DNA of 64,000 nucleotides from Octopus sinensis (GCF_006345805.1 NC_043006.1:71734001-71798000), one strand, 5' to 3'. Positions 1-14,981 are shown, counted from the stretch's first letter. The notes: generated from the sequence alone by a model not told the origin. Numbers and translations: made by a program.

Positions 1-819
1 ATGAATTTTAATTACCTTTTTCTGATAATATCTGGAAAGAAACAGCAATTTTAGCAAAACATATTAAGCAACACTAATAATAAATCAAAAAACATAAAAA
101 TGAACAAGCTTTTGATGGTTTTATAATTATTTCAAAATTATGATGTTATGATGCTAGGTGTTTCCATTATTTTGTCCAAGCCCTGTATATGCCAGAAATA
201 CAATATGTAATCAGTATTTGAATATATTTTATTTATTAACCCATTGCCTGCCATTAGCCCTATTTTGGGATCTACTAAAAACAGTCTCACTGCTGGTTGT
301 TTGTTGTATTTAAAGTGAATTGCTTATGTACATTGCATTTGCAGAGGTGTGTTTAACAATATTTAGTAGTTAAAGTTTGTCATTATTAGTTCTCCTTATT
401 TCTAGACGACATTCTATGTCATAAATTGCAATTTTTTGATCTACAAAAATATTGACTGTTCTGAAAACTTTTTTTTTCGTTTGCATTTCCCATCTAAATC
501 ATTCATTGGTATTTCATACACATTCACATTTGATACTATTGTTTCAAAAAAACTAAAATGTTTATTATTATAGAAAAGGATAAATATGCTCTTTTTCAGC
601 AATCCCCATGTGGGATTTTTTGAAAAATTTATCATAATTTCCAAAATAATTCACATATGAAGAAAATTTAAATACTATATGTATTTTAACTCCTAAGACA
701 CCTAGCAAAGCCAAAAAATATGAATAAAAAAAATTTGGCAGTTAATGGATTAAATATGATAACAGTACATAATGTTTTTTTGATTTTGTTTTTCATATTT
801 CTTTATTTTTATTTTCCAG

Positions 820-963
820 TTAACCCAGTCTGAATTATTGCCTGATCCTCTGAAACCTCAACTTACAAAGCTGAGTGAGTTCTACATGACAGATACCATC
901 AGTCGAGCATCTCAAACTATGTCTAAATGTGTAAAAGCTGCCTCTACCCCAAGCCGTTATTGA
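820..963 (+). CDS. NDUFS1: Terminal coding exon of NADH-ubiquinone oxidoreductase 75 kDa subunit (complex I); upstream exons are outside the window
   Basis: Polypyrimidine tract + CAG acceptor ending at 819. Frame reads [47 protein letters not shown] (TGA 961-963), matching the NDUFS1 C-terminal motif [28 protein letters not shown]. Absent from the ORF track (too short). Confidence 0.93.
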   Translation, partial: LTQSELLPDPLKPQLTKLSEFYMTDTISRASQTMSKCVKAASTPSRY

Positions 964-1498
964 TGAAGACTTTCACATTAGTTTCTTCCACATTCTCTAT
1001 TTAGTTTACTTTATTCAAAAGGACTTTTTTTTTTGTAAAACAAGCCCCTCTGTTGTTTAAATGACTTCTGACCAGTTAAGACCTAAAAACCATATTTGTA
1101 AAATATTCTCAGTCAAGATTAAACTCAAGGCCTAACAGTATTGACAAAGTCTGCCAGTTGGGGGCCCTCTACCAGCAAGCCATTATAAATAACTGCTCTT
1201 ACTCTTGGTATACCATGGCTCTCAGCTGCAGTTCCTCCTGTGTCACTTAGAATTACCACAGCTTTGTTGATGTTTTTGTCAGCCTTTGTTTAGAAAGCAG
1301 GAGCTGTCTGGTTGATAACCTGTCAACTTAGACTCAATACTGTTATGCTGTTTCAGTTAGCACATATTAGATAGAAAGCTTTATACCATATGTCATTTCT
1401 ATGAACCCCTGGATATGAATGTATGTATATATGTGTGTGTGTATATGCATATATATATTATTGGATATACTTACCACAAAAAATATATAAGTATTTCC

Positions 1499-1531
<33 letters not shown>

Positions 1532-2601
1532 ATATATATACATGCACGCAGACACACAAGTGGTCAGAAAGAAAACTAGTTCTTTTTACTCAGTAAATAC
1601 TAAAATGTATTTTCTTTATTTAATAAAAATATTGTTCTATAATGTTAATAATAATAAAAACAGCAGCAGCAATGTTTTCTTTAATGGATTTTATGTTTTT
1701 ATTTTATGTCATTTTTAGTATTTATTTTTTTGTTAGTTGTGGTTGGCTAGGCCTGATTGAACAGCTCTTTATCCAAGATGTTATGCTTCAGTTAAATCCA
1801 GTTTGTACATGGTACCAACTGGATTTAATTGGAACTACTGAACTCTGTGGTTCATGTTAGAAATGGCATCTGACTCATCTCGAAGGGTAGTAAAAACTGA
1901 TTTGAATCCTGATGATTCCTCCAACTCATGCCAGCATCAAAAACAAGATGTGAATGTCAATGACAGCGATGGTGATGTCTGTTTCCTCTGTGATGACCAA
2001 TCAAAACACAGAACATAGGAGTCAGCTTGGGGACCTCTATATGGTTGCTGAATTTACTTGAAATAACAGACAAATCATCCTCAGACTGTGCTGTACTTTT
2101 TTTTAAAAAAAGACAAACATTGGATAATGTAATCCTAGATAGTTTACATCTGAATAACAGAAACGAAAGATTACAGCATGTCACAGTCACATGGGGAGCA
2201 CCTGTGCCAGTGTCACATAGAAAACATCATACCAGTTCCATATAAAAGGCACCCATGCCGGTACCACGTATAAATCATCCAGTATACTCTGTAAAGTGGT
2301 TGGCTTTAGGAAAGGCATCCAGCTGTAGAAGCCGTACCAAAACAGACGACTAGAGCCTGGTGCAGCTGACCAGCTCCTATCAAACCATCCAACCCATGCC
2401 AGCATGGAAAACAGATTATGAGTTTGGTGGATCAGTACTGACCTATGGTCAAACAACACCAAATGGAGAAAGCATATGTATTAGTATACAAGATGCATTC
2501 CTCATAGTGTTTATGGGTAACTATAGGTAGAGGGGGTATATGCGTGATATAGGGAGTCAGGATTTATGGGTGAGTGACATAATAAAAGTAGAGAGGCTCT
2601 A

Positions 2602-2957
2602 TTTTACTTGTTTCAGTCATTTGACTGCGGCCATGCTGGAGCACCGCCTTTAGTTGAGCAAATTGACCCCAGGACTTATTCTTTGTAAGCATAGTACTTA
2701 TTCTATCGCTATCTTTTGCCGAACTGCTAAGTTACGGGGATGTAACACTCCAGCATTGGTTGTCAAGCGATGTTGGGAGGACAAACACACATACACATAC
2801 GACGGGCTTCTTTCAGTTTCGGTCTACCAAATCCACTCACAGGCTTTGGTTGGCCTGAGGCTACAATAGAAGACACTTGCCCAAGATGCCACGCAGTGGG
2901 ACTGAACCCGGAACCATGTGGTTGGTAAGCAAGCTACCACACAGCCACTCCTATGCC
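2602..2957 (-). mobile_element. tRNA-derived CORE-type SINE (octopus OR2-like family)
   Basis: tRNA-like head GGCTGTGTGGTA...GGTTCAGTCCC and a CTTGGGCAAGTG core; many copies in the window. Confidence 0.75.
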
Positions 2958-3392
2958 TATGGTAGAAAATAAGAAATGTATTATGAGAAATGTCATCAGA
3001 GTGAATACTGAGTGGCAAAATAAAATTGGTACTCCATAAGTTATGACACATGTTGCAGTTGATCCAATCAACGGAACAGCCTGCTTGTGAAATTAACATG
3101 CAAGTGGCTGAGCATTCTACAGACACATGTATGCTTAATGTAGTTTTCTGGGAGATTCAACATGACACAGAATGTGACAAGGCTGGCCCTTTGAAATACA
3201 GGTACAAATCATTTTTGCCAACCTTGATGATCATGATTTCCACTACATATCACTGCAATAACGGATGCAACTGCTTGAGTAGGGCAGAGAATTGCGATTG
3301 CTCCCAACTATAAAAACTGCACTGTTGCAAGTGAAGAAATTATGGAAATGCTAGTGTAACATTTTTGCAGACAGGTATGACATCTTGACCAA

Positions 3393-3623
3393 AGGCGGCA
3401 AGCTGGCAGAAACGTTAACACGCCGGGCAAAATGCTTAGCGGTATTTCATCTGCCGTTACGTTCTGGGTTCAAATTCCGCCGAGGTCAACTTTGCCTTTC
3501 ATCCTTTCGGGGTCGATAAATAAAGTACTAGTTACGCACTGGGATCGATATAATCGACTTAATCCGTTTGTCTGTCCTTCTTTGTCCCTTCTGTGTTTAG
3601 CCCCTTGTGGGTAGTAAAGAAAT
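3393..3623 (+). mobile_element. tRNA-derived SINE, second family (GGCGG..AGCTGGCAGAA head, CCTTTCATCCTTTCGGGGTCGATAAAT central domain)
   Basis: A/B-box-like head; homologous copies at ~6804-7038 (-), 30084-30305 (+), 31140-31357 (-), 41710-41925 (+) plus many decayed copies. Confidence 0.75.
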
Positions 3624-6600
3624 GGGTATGATATCTTGACCATCACAAATAAAATCAACCATTTATATATAGCTCTAGGAGCTTCATGCCTGTTGGGCCT
3701 GAAGTCATGACGTGTGTGATCCAGTTTTAAATGGGGTGAATTTTCACAGCATTATTGACTGTTGTCTTAAATCCTCTGGGTCCAGTGGCAAGACATGGTC
3801 AGGATGGCTGGAGATGAGACTGGATTCAACAGCTGACAGAGACTTTACAGAGTTCCACAAGAAACCATGTGTGGGGCTTTATTCCGATATTCCTTTCAGA
3901 TTGTTTCCTTTATCCTTCTCTTGTTCCTAGCACTCATAAGACAGAGAGACTATTAGTTGGAGGTTTGCCAGTGTCATAAAACAACAATGTTGAATCTGAA
4001 ATTCGCCATCTCCTTGGTGGTTATTGTGGCTTGGACTAGAGTATATCACTACCAGTGGTTTTGTTGCATGCTCAGTCACCAACTTGAGCAATTTCTGTGT
4101 AAGATAGCCATTGAGTTTGTACAGGGTTTGGTCAGCCTTTTGAGCATTTTGCTATCATCCTAATGGGTATTTAGCAGGCCCTCCTCATTAGGCTAAGCTG
4201 ATGAAGGTGCTGGTTTAGTTGTTGATGATCTGACCCTATAATAGGTTGAACTGGATTGCATGTTACCAGTAACACTCACAAGTCACCTGACAATATTTGA
4301 AGTTTGAAGACCTTGTAAAATCCCTTGACAGCATCAATTGTTGAGACCTGTGAAGTGTTACAACAATCAAGTTAGTAATGGAGACTTTGTAACATCATGT
4401 GACAGTATCTGATGTAGGTTAGTCCACATTACTTTACAAGGAGCAAAGGGCTGGTTTCTCTAGCATATATATATTCCTGGACAAGATACCATTACGTCAT
4501 AGGATTACTCCTTTTTACAAGCTGAGTGAACTGGAGCAATGTGAAAAGAAGTGTTTTGCCCAAGAACACAACACATCGCCCAGTCCAGGAATTGAAATCA
4601 CAATCTTACGACTACGAGTCCTACCCCCTAACAACTAATCCATGCACCTCCAGACACCTGTGAAATGTCACCAGACACATTGGGAAAGGAAGCTTTTTTG
4701 ACATCACATGAGAGTAGTTAATGTAGAGACCTTTTAAGTATCATAAGGCATACGTTAATAATGGAAATTTGGTAACACCACATGAGAATATTTAATGTGG
4801 ACATCTTTGAAAGATACAAGATATGTTAGTAATAGAGTTTTTGTAACACCTCATGAGAATATCTAATGCAGACACCATTGGAAAGTCACTAGCCATACAC
4901 TAGTAAAAGTGACTTTGTAACACAACATTATTGGTTGTTGTGCAGAATTTTGCAGTGTCATATCACAATTCAAAGTATGTGGTAGCTTTATTTGTTTCAT
5001 ATAACAACACTAAATTTTTACATTAACTGTAGAAAACTTTGCAATGTCACATGACAAGATGGTAACAGGTTGCTATGATTTATGAAATAATTTGGCAACA
5101 CCAAATTAATTTGAACTGCAAGAGCCATTATTTTTCCTGTGAGATCCAGTGCATAGGTCATTGTTAGTGGTGTTTAAAACCATTCTTTCTCTTTGGAATT
5201 GGTATCCAATTCATAGAAGTGAGCAAAGATCAAATAAATTTGATTGGTTGCTTTGGTGAAGACAGTGGTGAACTCACCAAAGTGAATTCGTATTTTATTG
5301 TATTTAAAGGTCAACCATCTGTTTCAGCTTATCTGCTGCTACTCATTTTAACTCATTTTTCATTTTCATCTAACCGTTAGTGGAATGAACCTACATTCTA
5401 AATCTCCCTCTTCTTAGCTCTTTCTCTCTTCTCATATGTATGTGTGTGTGTGTGTATACGTATGCATGTGTGTGTTCGTATCATCATCATGGTCGTCATT
5501 GTTTAACGTCCACTTTCTATGTTAGCATGGGTTGGACAATTTAACTGAGGACTGGCGAATCAGATGGCTGCACCAAGCTCCAATCTGATCTGGCAGAGTT
5601 TCTACAGCTTGATGCCCTTCCTAACATCAACCACTCCAAGAGTGTAGTGGCTGCTTTTATGTGCCACCGGCACAAGGGCCAGTCAGGCAGTACTGGCAAT
5701 TGTCATGCTCAAGCAGTGTTTTTTACGTGCCACCAGCACTGGCAACGACCTCGCTCCAATGTTTTTCATGTGCTACCGGCACAAGTGCCAGTAAGGCGAT
5801 GCTGGTAATGATCACATTTGAATGGTGCTTTTTACATGCCATCAGCATGGAACACAGTTAGCTGCTCTAGCAGTGATCGTGCTCGGATGGTGCTCTTAGC
5901 GCCCCACTGGCATCGAATTTGCGAATTTGATTTGATTTATATATAGATATGTGTGTGTATATGCATAGATATATATGTGTGTGTGTATATGTATATATAC
6001 TTTCATTCATATGGCACATGTATATCCATGTGTTTGTGTGAGTGTCATCATCATTTAACATCCATTTTCCATGCTAGCATGGGTTAGATAGTTTGACAGG
6101 AGCTGGTCAGCTGGAGAGCTTCCCGGACTCCATCTGTTTTGGCATGTTTCCTATGACTGGATAAACAAAGCTCGAATGTTTAGGGAGTAGGAATAATTGA
6201 ATAGCCGTAGGACTCAACTGTTTTGTCTTTTAATAAAAGAAGGAATTTTTACTCTCAACGGAGCTTCTTATTTTAAACTATCAATTGATAGTATTGTTAA
6301 ATAATTTTTACTGAAACTTTGCTGGAATTTTATTTAAATTTTTAACAAAAGAAATTGGAGTGGGGCCTTATCTATTCTGTTGTACTCTTTTCTGTTATAT
6401 GTACAAGGTCTGAAATATTTAGTAGATGGGGTCTAACCAATTAAATTGGCCCCAGTGCTCAGCCCTAAAATGATCAAAAGCAAAGTTAACCTTGGCAGAG
6501 TTTAAACTTAGAACGTAAGCTGGAAGAAATGCAGTTAAACATTTTGTCTGGCTTGTTAACGATTCTTTTCTACTTTTCTTCTCTTTTCTACTCTAGGCAC

Positions 6601-8507
6601 AAGGCTCGAAATTTTGGGGGAGGAGGCCACTTAGTTAGACTGATCCCATTACACAACTGCTATTTAATTTATTGACCCTAAAAGGATGAAAAGCAATGTT
6701 GACCTTGGTGGAATTTGAACTCAGAACATAAAAACAGACAAAATACTGCTAAGCATTTCGCCCAGTATGCCAACATTTCTACCAGTTCGCTGCCTTAAAT
6801 ATTTATTTCTTTATTGCCCACAGGGGGCTAAACATAGAGGGGACAAACAAGGACAGACAAAGGCATTAAGTAGATTACATTGACCCTTGTGTGTAACTGG
6901 TACTTATTTAATTGACCCCAAAAGGATGAAAGGCAAAGTCGATCTCAGCGGAATTTGAACTCAGAATGTATAATGGCAGTCAAAATACCGCTAAGCATTT
7001 CACCTGGCATGTTAACGATTCTGCCGACTCATTACCTTTAGCTAGCCTCACCGAAGCAATGACTAATGACCGGAACCTTTGGAAATATACTGTGCTTGAA
7101 AAGACTCGGCAAGCCAAGTGAGACCATAACCTCGTGCCCTATGCCAGGGTGTAACCAGCCCACTTATGCATACCTTTACTTCATTGGTTACTAAACTCTG
7201 CTTGCGAACACCTGTTGAGGCAAGTGAAATTGAAATCAAATTTGATGACTGGCATCCATGCTAGTGGAGACTAAGAGTACCATCTGAGCATGATTGTTGC
7301 CAGAGCAACAAACTGGCTTCCATGCCGGTGGCACATAAAAAGCACCATTCCAGAATGATCGTTACCTGCGTCGCCTTACTGACACTTGTACTGGTGGCAT
7401 GTGAAAAAACATTCAAGTGAGGTCATTACCAGTGCGGCTGGACTGTCTTCTGTGCAAGCACCATTTGAGTGCAGCTGTTGCCAGTACTGCTTGACTGGCC
7501 CTCATGCCAGTGGCACGTAAAAGCACCCACTACACTCTCAGAGTGGTTGGCATTGGGAATGGCATCCAGCTGTAGAAACTCTGCCAGATCAAATTGGAGC
7601 CTGGTGCAGCCATCTGGTTCACCAGTCCTCAGTCAAATTGTTCAACCCATGCTAGCATGGAAAGCGGACGTTAAACGATGTTGATGATGATGATTGTGTC
7701 AGAGTTGTTCTCTGTTCAGCAGTTGTTTAGTGTGTAGTTAAAGTAGTTGTAGTAGGATGAGGATCTTCACAGCTCTGCTGATGCAACACATTTAGAAACT
7801 GAGGCTCTGAAAAATCAAACCGAAGAATTAACAACAATACTTCTGCTAAAACTGTCTGAAGGGCATACGGTTGCAGTTTAGAGGCACAGGTGCAGTCGTG
7901 TTGTAAGAAATTTGCTTTGCCACCACATGGTACCGCGTCCAATCTCACTTTTTCTACTGTAGTTTCAGGCCTTGTGTATGGATTTAGTAGATGGAAACTG
8001 AGAGAAGCCGATCATACATATACGTGTGTGTCTGTGTTTGTCCCCACCACTGCTTGACTATTGGTGTTGATGTCTTTACATCTCCATAACCTAGCAGTTT
8101 GGCGAAAGAGACTGATAGAATAAGCACCAGCCTTAAAGGAAATAAGCCCTGGGGTCAATTTATTCAGCAAAAATTCTTTGAGGCAGTGCTCCAGCATGGC
8201 TGCCGTCTAATGACTGAAACAAGTGAATAAAATACAAAGTTAAAAAAGTTGCAACAAAGACAATCCGTTTAGATGAGTGGGTGTCTAAATTAAAAGAAAT
8301 TAACATGCTGGCTCTCAAGCCCCATTTCTTGTTTTGTCCCAGGGCCCCAATATGACATATTAATTTTGATATGAACAGCATAATATTTTATCACTATATC
8401 ACATGTGAGGCAGGGATCATATAGATAGTGTTTTTTTACCCATTATGCACTAATGGATTGTGTGGATCTTGCAAACATACAGCCATGACGCTCCAGTTGA
8501 TCATATA

Positions 8508-9361
8508 CAGGGCGGATGAAAAGTAAGTAGGCATTAAAAATTGGTAATAAAATCCATATTCCTTTTACAAATTTATTGAAACAAATGATACATGTTCTTT
8601 ATTACATGGTAAAATAAAAGTAAATCTTCATATTTCAACATAAGCACCAGTGGCGTCAACCAGTTTCCTCAAAGGGCCAGGGATGAAATAAACAACCTTC
8701 TGAAGGACGTTGTCTTGGATATCATTGAGAACCTCTTGAATCGTGTTTCCAAGTCCTCCTGTGTGCAAGGTTTTGTCCTGTATAACTCCTCTTTTGTGTA
8801 ACCCCACAGGTAAAAATCACATGAAGTGAGATTTGGACTTCTGGACTTCTGTGGTCAGAATCTTCAGGTTTTAATTCCTGCACATAATGGGGTTTCCACA
8901 GACGAAAATTCAATTCTTTAGGCAACACCATATGTATTGTGTGCCTTGTTTGTCCACTTTCACAAACCGCTTGACGTGTTGATTTTTGCAGGCTGTGATT
9001 AAACATTTCCTGCACTGTTGACATGTTCTCCACTGATCGGGATGTGGTTGGATGACCACTTCTTGCATGACAACTTTTTATTGTCTCCAGACATAGTGTT
9101 GCATGTTTACCTTTCCATACACACCACTATCTCTGAACCAAAACAATGGAATTCCACACTTCATAGCGTGCTGCTATCTTAGCTCACTCCTGAACAATCA
9201 AGCAACTGGCCAACTGGAAAACAACACAAGAAATAACACAATAAGAAAATAAGAAATCCCCATTTGTGTTGTCAGTTTAAAAAATCTTTTCATCATGACT
9301 TCAGAGATACTAAAAATTCTATAAGCAATTTCTAATGCCTAGTTACTTTCCACCCACTCTG
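8508..9361 (-). mobile_element. Internally deleted Tc1/mariner-superfamily (maT/DD37D-like) DNA transposon
   Basis: TA-flanked imperfect ~27-bp TIRs (CAGGGCGGATGAAAAGTAAGTAGGCAT / rc CAGAGTGGGTGGAAAGTAACTAGGCAT); minus-strand remnants KSTRQA..ESGQTRHTI..VL.KELNFRLWKPHYVQEL and a PRSPNLTSCDF-type motif. Confidence 0.85.
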
Positions 9362-10489
9362 TAGATAAGTTCAAATTCTTGAGTATTTTTGACAGATGTA
9401 AGCACATCTGTTTTCTTCAAATCTTTTTTTTTACTTGAAGAAAACATTTTGGTTTCCATAGTAAATAAAATGTTTTTTTCATTCCCTCCTGTTTTGTGGA
9501 TTATATTTTCTGTTTGTGCAGTCTTTATTTTATCTCATAACATAATATAATCACGAAAAACAAAAGAAATATGAAAATAATTTCTTAATTAGTAGTTAAG
9601 TCTACTTAAGACACTCCTGTCTCTCTTTCTCTCAAACAATGTTCTTCACAAGATTGAATGTGAAGAATGTTTGAGAGAAAGAGAGACAAGAATGTCTGAG
9701 GCAGACTCAACTTAGGGATCAGCTATTGAGGTTGTCAGCTACACAGTAGAAAGTTCAGTTAAGGACATGAAGGTAGATAAGTCATCTGGAAGAAGTCATA
9801 ATCATCAAGACACCGAAAATACCCAATGAAGTTGGACAAGTACAAGTCGTTTATATAGTTTGTCAGGTAGGAAAGGAGAGTGTTGCAGCCAATAACAACT
9901 GTAGCATCATCATCATCATTGTCGTCATCATCATCATCATCATAATTTTCATCATCAACAACTACTGCAAGATCAAAGATGTTCTAGATGGAAGCAACTA
10001 CAGAGACATCAAAAGGGAATTAACTTAGATGAGATATAGTTAGGTTTTGTTTCACCGAACAGTGCCACATTTGCCCTCTTCCATATAAAGCAACTACAGG
10101 AGAAGTCCTATGTTAAGAGCAAATTACCATAACTAGCATTCATCAATATGAAAAAGACACTATGGTCTGGTGGTCATTAGCAAAATTAGGAATTGATGAA
10201 TGGCTTGTGAAAGCACAGCAAACATGTACAGAGATGCTGTCTGCAAAATAAGAGTTAATAACAAGTTCAGTGAGGAATTTAGTGTGCAGGTTATTAGAGG
10301 AGTTTAAGGCTGGATGTTTGTAGGAACTTCCATTTAATGATGACCTTGTCCATATGACTGAATCTATCAAAGAATTAGTGAATAAAATTTAAATATAGAA
10401 GCAACATTGAAAACTGAGAAGCCTTAAAGTAAACTTGCTGCTCCAAAATGCCCGTACATGTTTGCATATATTTAAATCTGGTGGTTGTT

Positions 10490-10890
10490 GGGGTCAGTCC
10501 AAGTGGTCTACTTCACTATTGTGCTCTTCATAACAGTCTTGAATAGCATCAGCGGTGTGAAATGGCACATTGTTGTTCTGGAAGACTACACTGATATCAA
10601 GGAACAATGTTTGTACCACAAGAAGGAGACAATCAACCAAAATGCTCAAATAGTCCTTGGAGTTAACTCTGTCATGTAGAACAACTAAAGGGCCAAAGGA
10701 ATTCCATTATATGACAGTCCAAATTATCTGAGATCCACCTCCATGCTTCACAGTAGGAGATAAGCAGTTATGGTTGAAACACAGGCATCTTTAGGGTGTC
10801 TCCAGACGTAGACTCACTCCAAAATAGGGTAGAGAGTGAATGATAATTCATCAGAGAAGACGACACTGTGCCATTGACCACTTCTGATAG
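10490..10890 (-). mobile_element. Degenerate Tc1-like transposase fragment
   Basis: Minus-strand VVFSDEL, RVYVWRHP and PTVKHGGGSQIIW motifs, with frameshifts. Confidence 0.75.
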
Positions 10891-10897
10891 TCTAGAC

Positions 10898-11205
10898 CAA
10901 AGCTGGCCAACCTGAGGCAACCTACATGCAGCCCATAGACTTTCACCTTGCAGCCCACTTGATACTTTCTTGAAGTATTGTGTTTAATTTCAAAATAAAA
11001 TTGTTTCAAAATAAGTTTAAAATTTATAAGTGGCAATAAAGCAATAGCCTACAATTTTATAATTTTAAACAAATGAAGAGTATGGAAAAATTCTTGATTC
11101 TGTTTTCAATTATTTGACTATTAGTGCATAAAGTATATAAGTGGCCCTCAAAAAACTTTCTGTGATTAAAGTGGCCTGCAATGTAGTTCAATTTGGCCAG
11201 GCCTG
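10898..11205. mobile_element. hAT/Charlie-like MITE
   Basis: Ends CAAAGCTGGCCAACC / rc CAGGCCTGGCCAAAT; 8-bp flanks GTCTAGAC and GATTAGAC, resembling the NTCTAGAN Charlie target. Confidence 0.55.
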
Positions 11206-14200
11206 GATTAGACATTATTTTTTCCACTCATCAATATCAAAGGAGAGCAGGTGAGGTTTAACAAATGTAACTCTCCAGCTTTGTGGAGATCATAACAAGC
11301 AGTTTTATTTCATTGTAATTTCACTCAGCTTGTTGGATTTTCTTCTCAAACGCAGCATATTTGCCAAAGGTTTCGGTCATTTGTCATTGTCTCTATGAAG
11401 CCTAACGCTTAAAAGGTGCTTTTTACATGCCACTGGCACAGGTGCTAGTTATACGACACCAGCATCAACCACATTGCCTCCATGAGGCCCAATACTCAAA
11501 ATTTATTGTTTATGTGCCACTAGCATGGGTGCCAGTTATGTGACACCAACAATGGCAATAACTCTGGTTTCATTTAGCTTCACGGGTCTTCTCAAGCACG
11601 AAAGGTGAGCGATAGTTTAGCTCTGCTGTCCCTTTTGTTGACATAGTTCGATGGCTTTTCAACAATACATTTCACTATTCTGTGGACCTTCTTTGTGTGC
11701 TTTACCTTCCATCAAAAATAATGCTTGCCAGAGCTGGCTTTACCTTGGTTTTGAAATACCAAAATAATTTTAGACACTGTACCAATGGAAACATTCAACA
11801 ATCCAGCCATTTGCACTCCATCATTTTGCCTTATAACATGATGCATTTTAACTTATTTCCAGCATGGAAAACGAATGTTAAATCATGATGATGATGATGA
11901 TGATGATGATCATCATCGTTTAACGTCCATTTTCCATGCTGGGTTGGACAGTTCGTCTGGGGTCTGGGAAGCTAGGAGGCTGCACCAGGCTCCAGTCTGA
12001 TCTGGTAGTGTTTCTACAGCTGGATGCCCTTCCTAGTGTCAACCACTCCGTGAGTGTAGTGGGTGCTTTTTACAGGCCACTGGCACAGGTGCCAGGGGAG
12101 GCTGGCAGTGGCCACGATCGATTGGTTTTTTTTTCGTTCCACCGGCACAAGTTTCACAACTACAATTTCCATTTGATTTTTTTATGTTGATGTTGATGTA
12201 CTTGACTCAATAGGTCTCCTCAAGCACAGCAGGTCACCCTATGATCCAAGGTAAGTACAGCAGGCCATCCTGCGATCCAGCTGGGGCAGGTTATGTGAAG
12301 CTGGTGCAGGAAACAGGTGCAGCTTCACATTGAAGCCCCAGCCCATCCAAAGATGATGATATCTGCAAAAATGTAAAACAGAAGGCTATATTATGAAGTG
12401 CAAGACGTATATAATACATATGAAATACATATGTACACACTAGAATAGTTTTGAATTTATCATTGCCAATAGAAAAAAAAATGTTAAATAAAAAGTGGTG
12501 TCTCCATTATTTTGTCCAACCCCTGTATACACACACACACACAAATATATATACATATACATGTGTGTATATATGTGTGTGTGTATGCATACATACATGT
12601 ATGTATACACATAGACACGCCCCCATGTGCACGCATGCACACACACACACACACACACACACAATCATATCTATTTCACTTTTTCTATCCTGCTCTCTGC
12701 TTTGCTAAAAACAACCACCCTAACCCTATCACTGACACCTGTTTCCAATACTACTACCAACATCACCCCACCACCACCACCAGCCATCTACCATCAAAAC
12801 CATCACTTCTCTACTACACTACATCACCACATCACTGCTACATCACTTCACCACACCACCTCTATTACACCACTGTGCCACCTTCCCCTGCCTCTTTCTT
12901 CAACCACAGTTACCACTAGTGTACCACCACCACTACCACATCCCACTCTGCGGAGGTGTTGGTGGTAGTGGCATTAGTGCAGCTGGTAAGGTCAAATGGC
13001 TATTGATGTCATTTGTCAGAAGACTATAAATTGAGCGAGATTCTCCATGTCAAATTGCATTTCGATTCACATTTGATGTGAACAATTGCCTCTCTAGACA
13101 TCTACTTTGTCTGAACATTCAAACAACCTAGAGAAAAAGCATCACTGAAATTACTGCTTTTTGGTCAAACAACCGGTCAGCAAGGTTCGTCTCACAAGAT
13201 CCCTCTCTTCAGTTCTGTAGCCTTTTTGTTACTTTTCCTTTCAATTTTTGGAGATATTTTTTTCTTTTTAATCATTTCTCTTCCTTTTCTATTTTTAAAG
13301 TTTATGTTTTCAATTCCCTTTGTGTATCTTAAGTATATATCTTCACAAACATTTAAAAGGAAAAGCATAATTAGTTCTTGGCCTCTTTTATTTTCCCTAT
13401 TCTTATGGTTAAGAAGTTCATGACAGTCATACAGCTTTGGATTCAGTCCAATACGTGACACACTGGGCAAGTGTCTTCTACTACAAAGTCTTCTACTATT
13501 AAAGTCTTGTGAATGGATACAGGTAAATGTGTGTGTGTGCAATCATGCAATCATGTGTGTGTGTGCCTGAAATTGCACATGCATGTGTGTATCTTGGTGA
13601 AAGGTATCAATGACAACAAAAACTGCAAAAATCAACATTAAAGTATGAATGCCCTTGAGACACATCAGGTTGGATACATTCCCTTTGCATTTTCACTATC
13701 AAAAATACAATTAATCTGTGACTGGCCTATTAGAAACCAGTGAATAACAATACTGTTATTCACATTTTGTAATATAGTGCATCAGCGACCAAGTTGTACA
13801 TTGAGACACACACAATTATATCTCTTGATACAGTTGTATGGAGATTAGCAACTTTTTTTGGTCATGTCCACTTTGACTCTCTTTTCATTTTTTCATTTGT
13901 CCATGACCATCATCATCAACTTTCATAATTCTTTATTGTCCACTTTTTGATGCTTATATGGTTCAGATGGAATTTATCGAGGGAAATTTTCTATAGCTGA
14001 ATGCATTTCCTATAGCCAACCCTTACTTGATTCCAAGCCAGGTAATACTGGAAACAAAAAAAACCCTGCTTTTATGACGGTTTATAAGCAAACTTCTTAA
14101 CTACAGAGCCTATATATGGCAGTGCATAGATGACCTGCGTGTATATCCAGATATGCACAACTGTATATCTAGAGTATTCTATTTGTGGCCTGGGTGTATA

Positions 14201-14981
14201 TATCTAGATATACTACTGTATTTAGAAATGCTACTGTATTGTATCTGTGACCAAGGTGTATATCTCTAGATATGCTACTGTATATCTAGATACGGTAGTA
14301 TTTCAAAAACCAGTGTGTATATCTAGGTATAGACTTTTGTTGCCAGCAACCAGTTGGTCTGGAGGTTACAATGCCATGCTCAAGACATTCTCCCTTTAGC
14401 AAGCCAATGAAAGAGTTTCTACATGATTGCTTGGTTTGTCTGAAATAGCATCAAGTCTCCCTCAAATTACATCTTAAAATAAGGTCACAGTGGACATTGT
14501 AGACCAAGAGTTAAAATTAGATGGATTGGTCATTCATCTACTCATTAGTGTTAATCAGGGGATAAATATTATTAACTACAAAACAACAACAATAACAATA
14601 GCATCAATGGTGCCACTATTATCTTCTAACAGTTGAGAAATATCTACAACACTCCTGAACATGATAACATTGATAATGTAGTTGTTAACTTCAAACCAGC
14701 CTTGAGTGAGCTGGTAGTTGATCAAAAACACTCCAGCCTGACATTTTCATATGTTCAGCAAAGCCAGGGTCACGTTATTCAATCTCATTTCTTTCAGACT
14801 AGGATTTGTAGGGGATTTGATAACTATTTCTAGCTAGTCAAGATTAATGATGGTGATAATGATAATTAAGTTGATAGTGACAATAAAAATTAAGTTGATG
14901 ATGATTTATGTTGATAATGATGATGATGATGATAATTACCAGTCAACTGCTAATTGATCTCCTCTCCCTTTCCCCCACAGG

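Noticed and set aside
12440-12968. His/Thr-rich and other low-complexity ORFs (also 15786-17651, 18453-18873, 28960-29269, 52889-53428)
   Set aside because: Translations of CA/TA/trinucleotide microsatellites; unrelated to the genuine His-rich exon.
964-14980. Non-coding first exon and promoter of the peroxidase
   Set aside because: Required by the acceptor before the ATG, but no candidate can be singled out from sequence alone in this repeat-dense interval.
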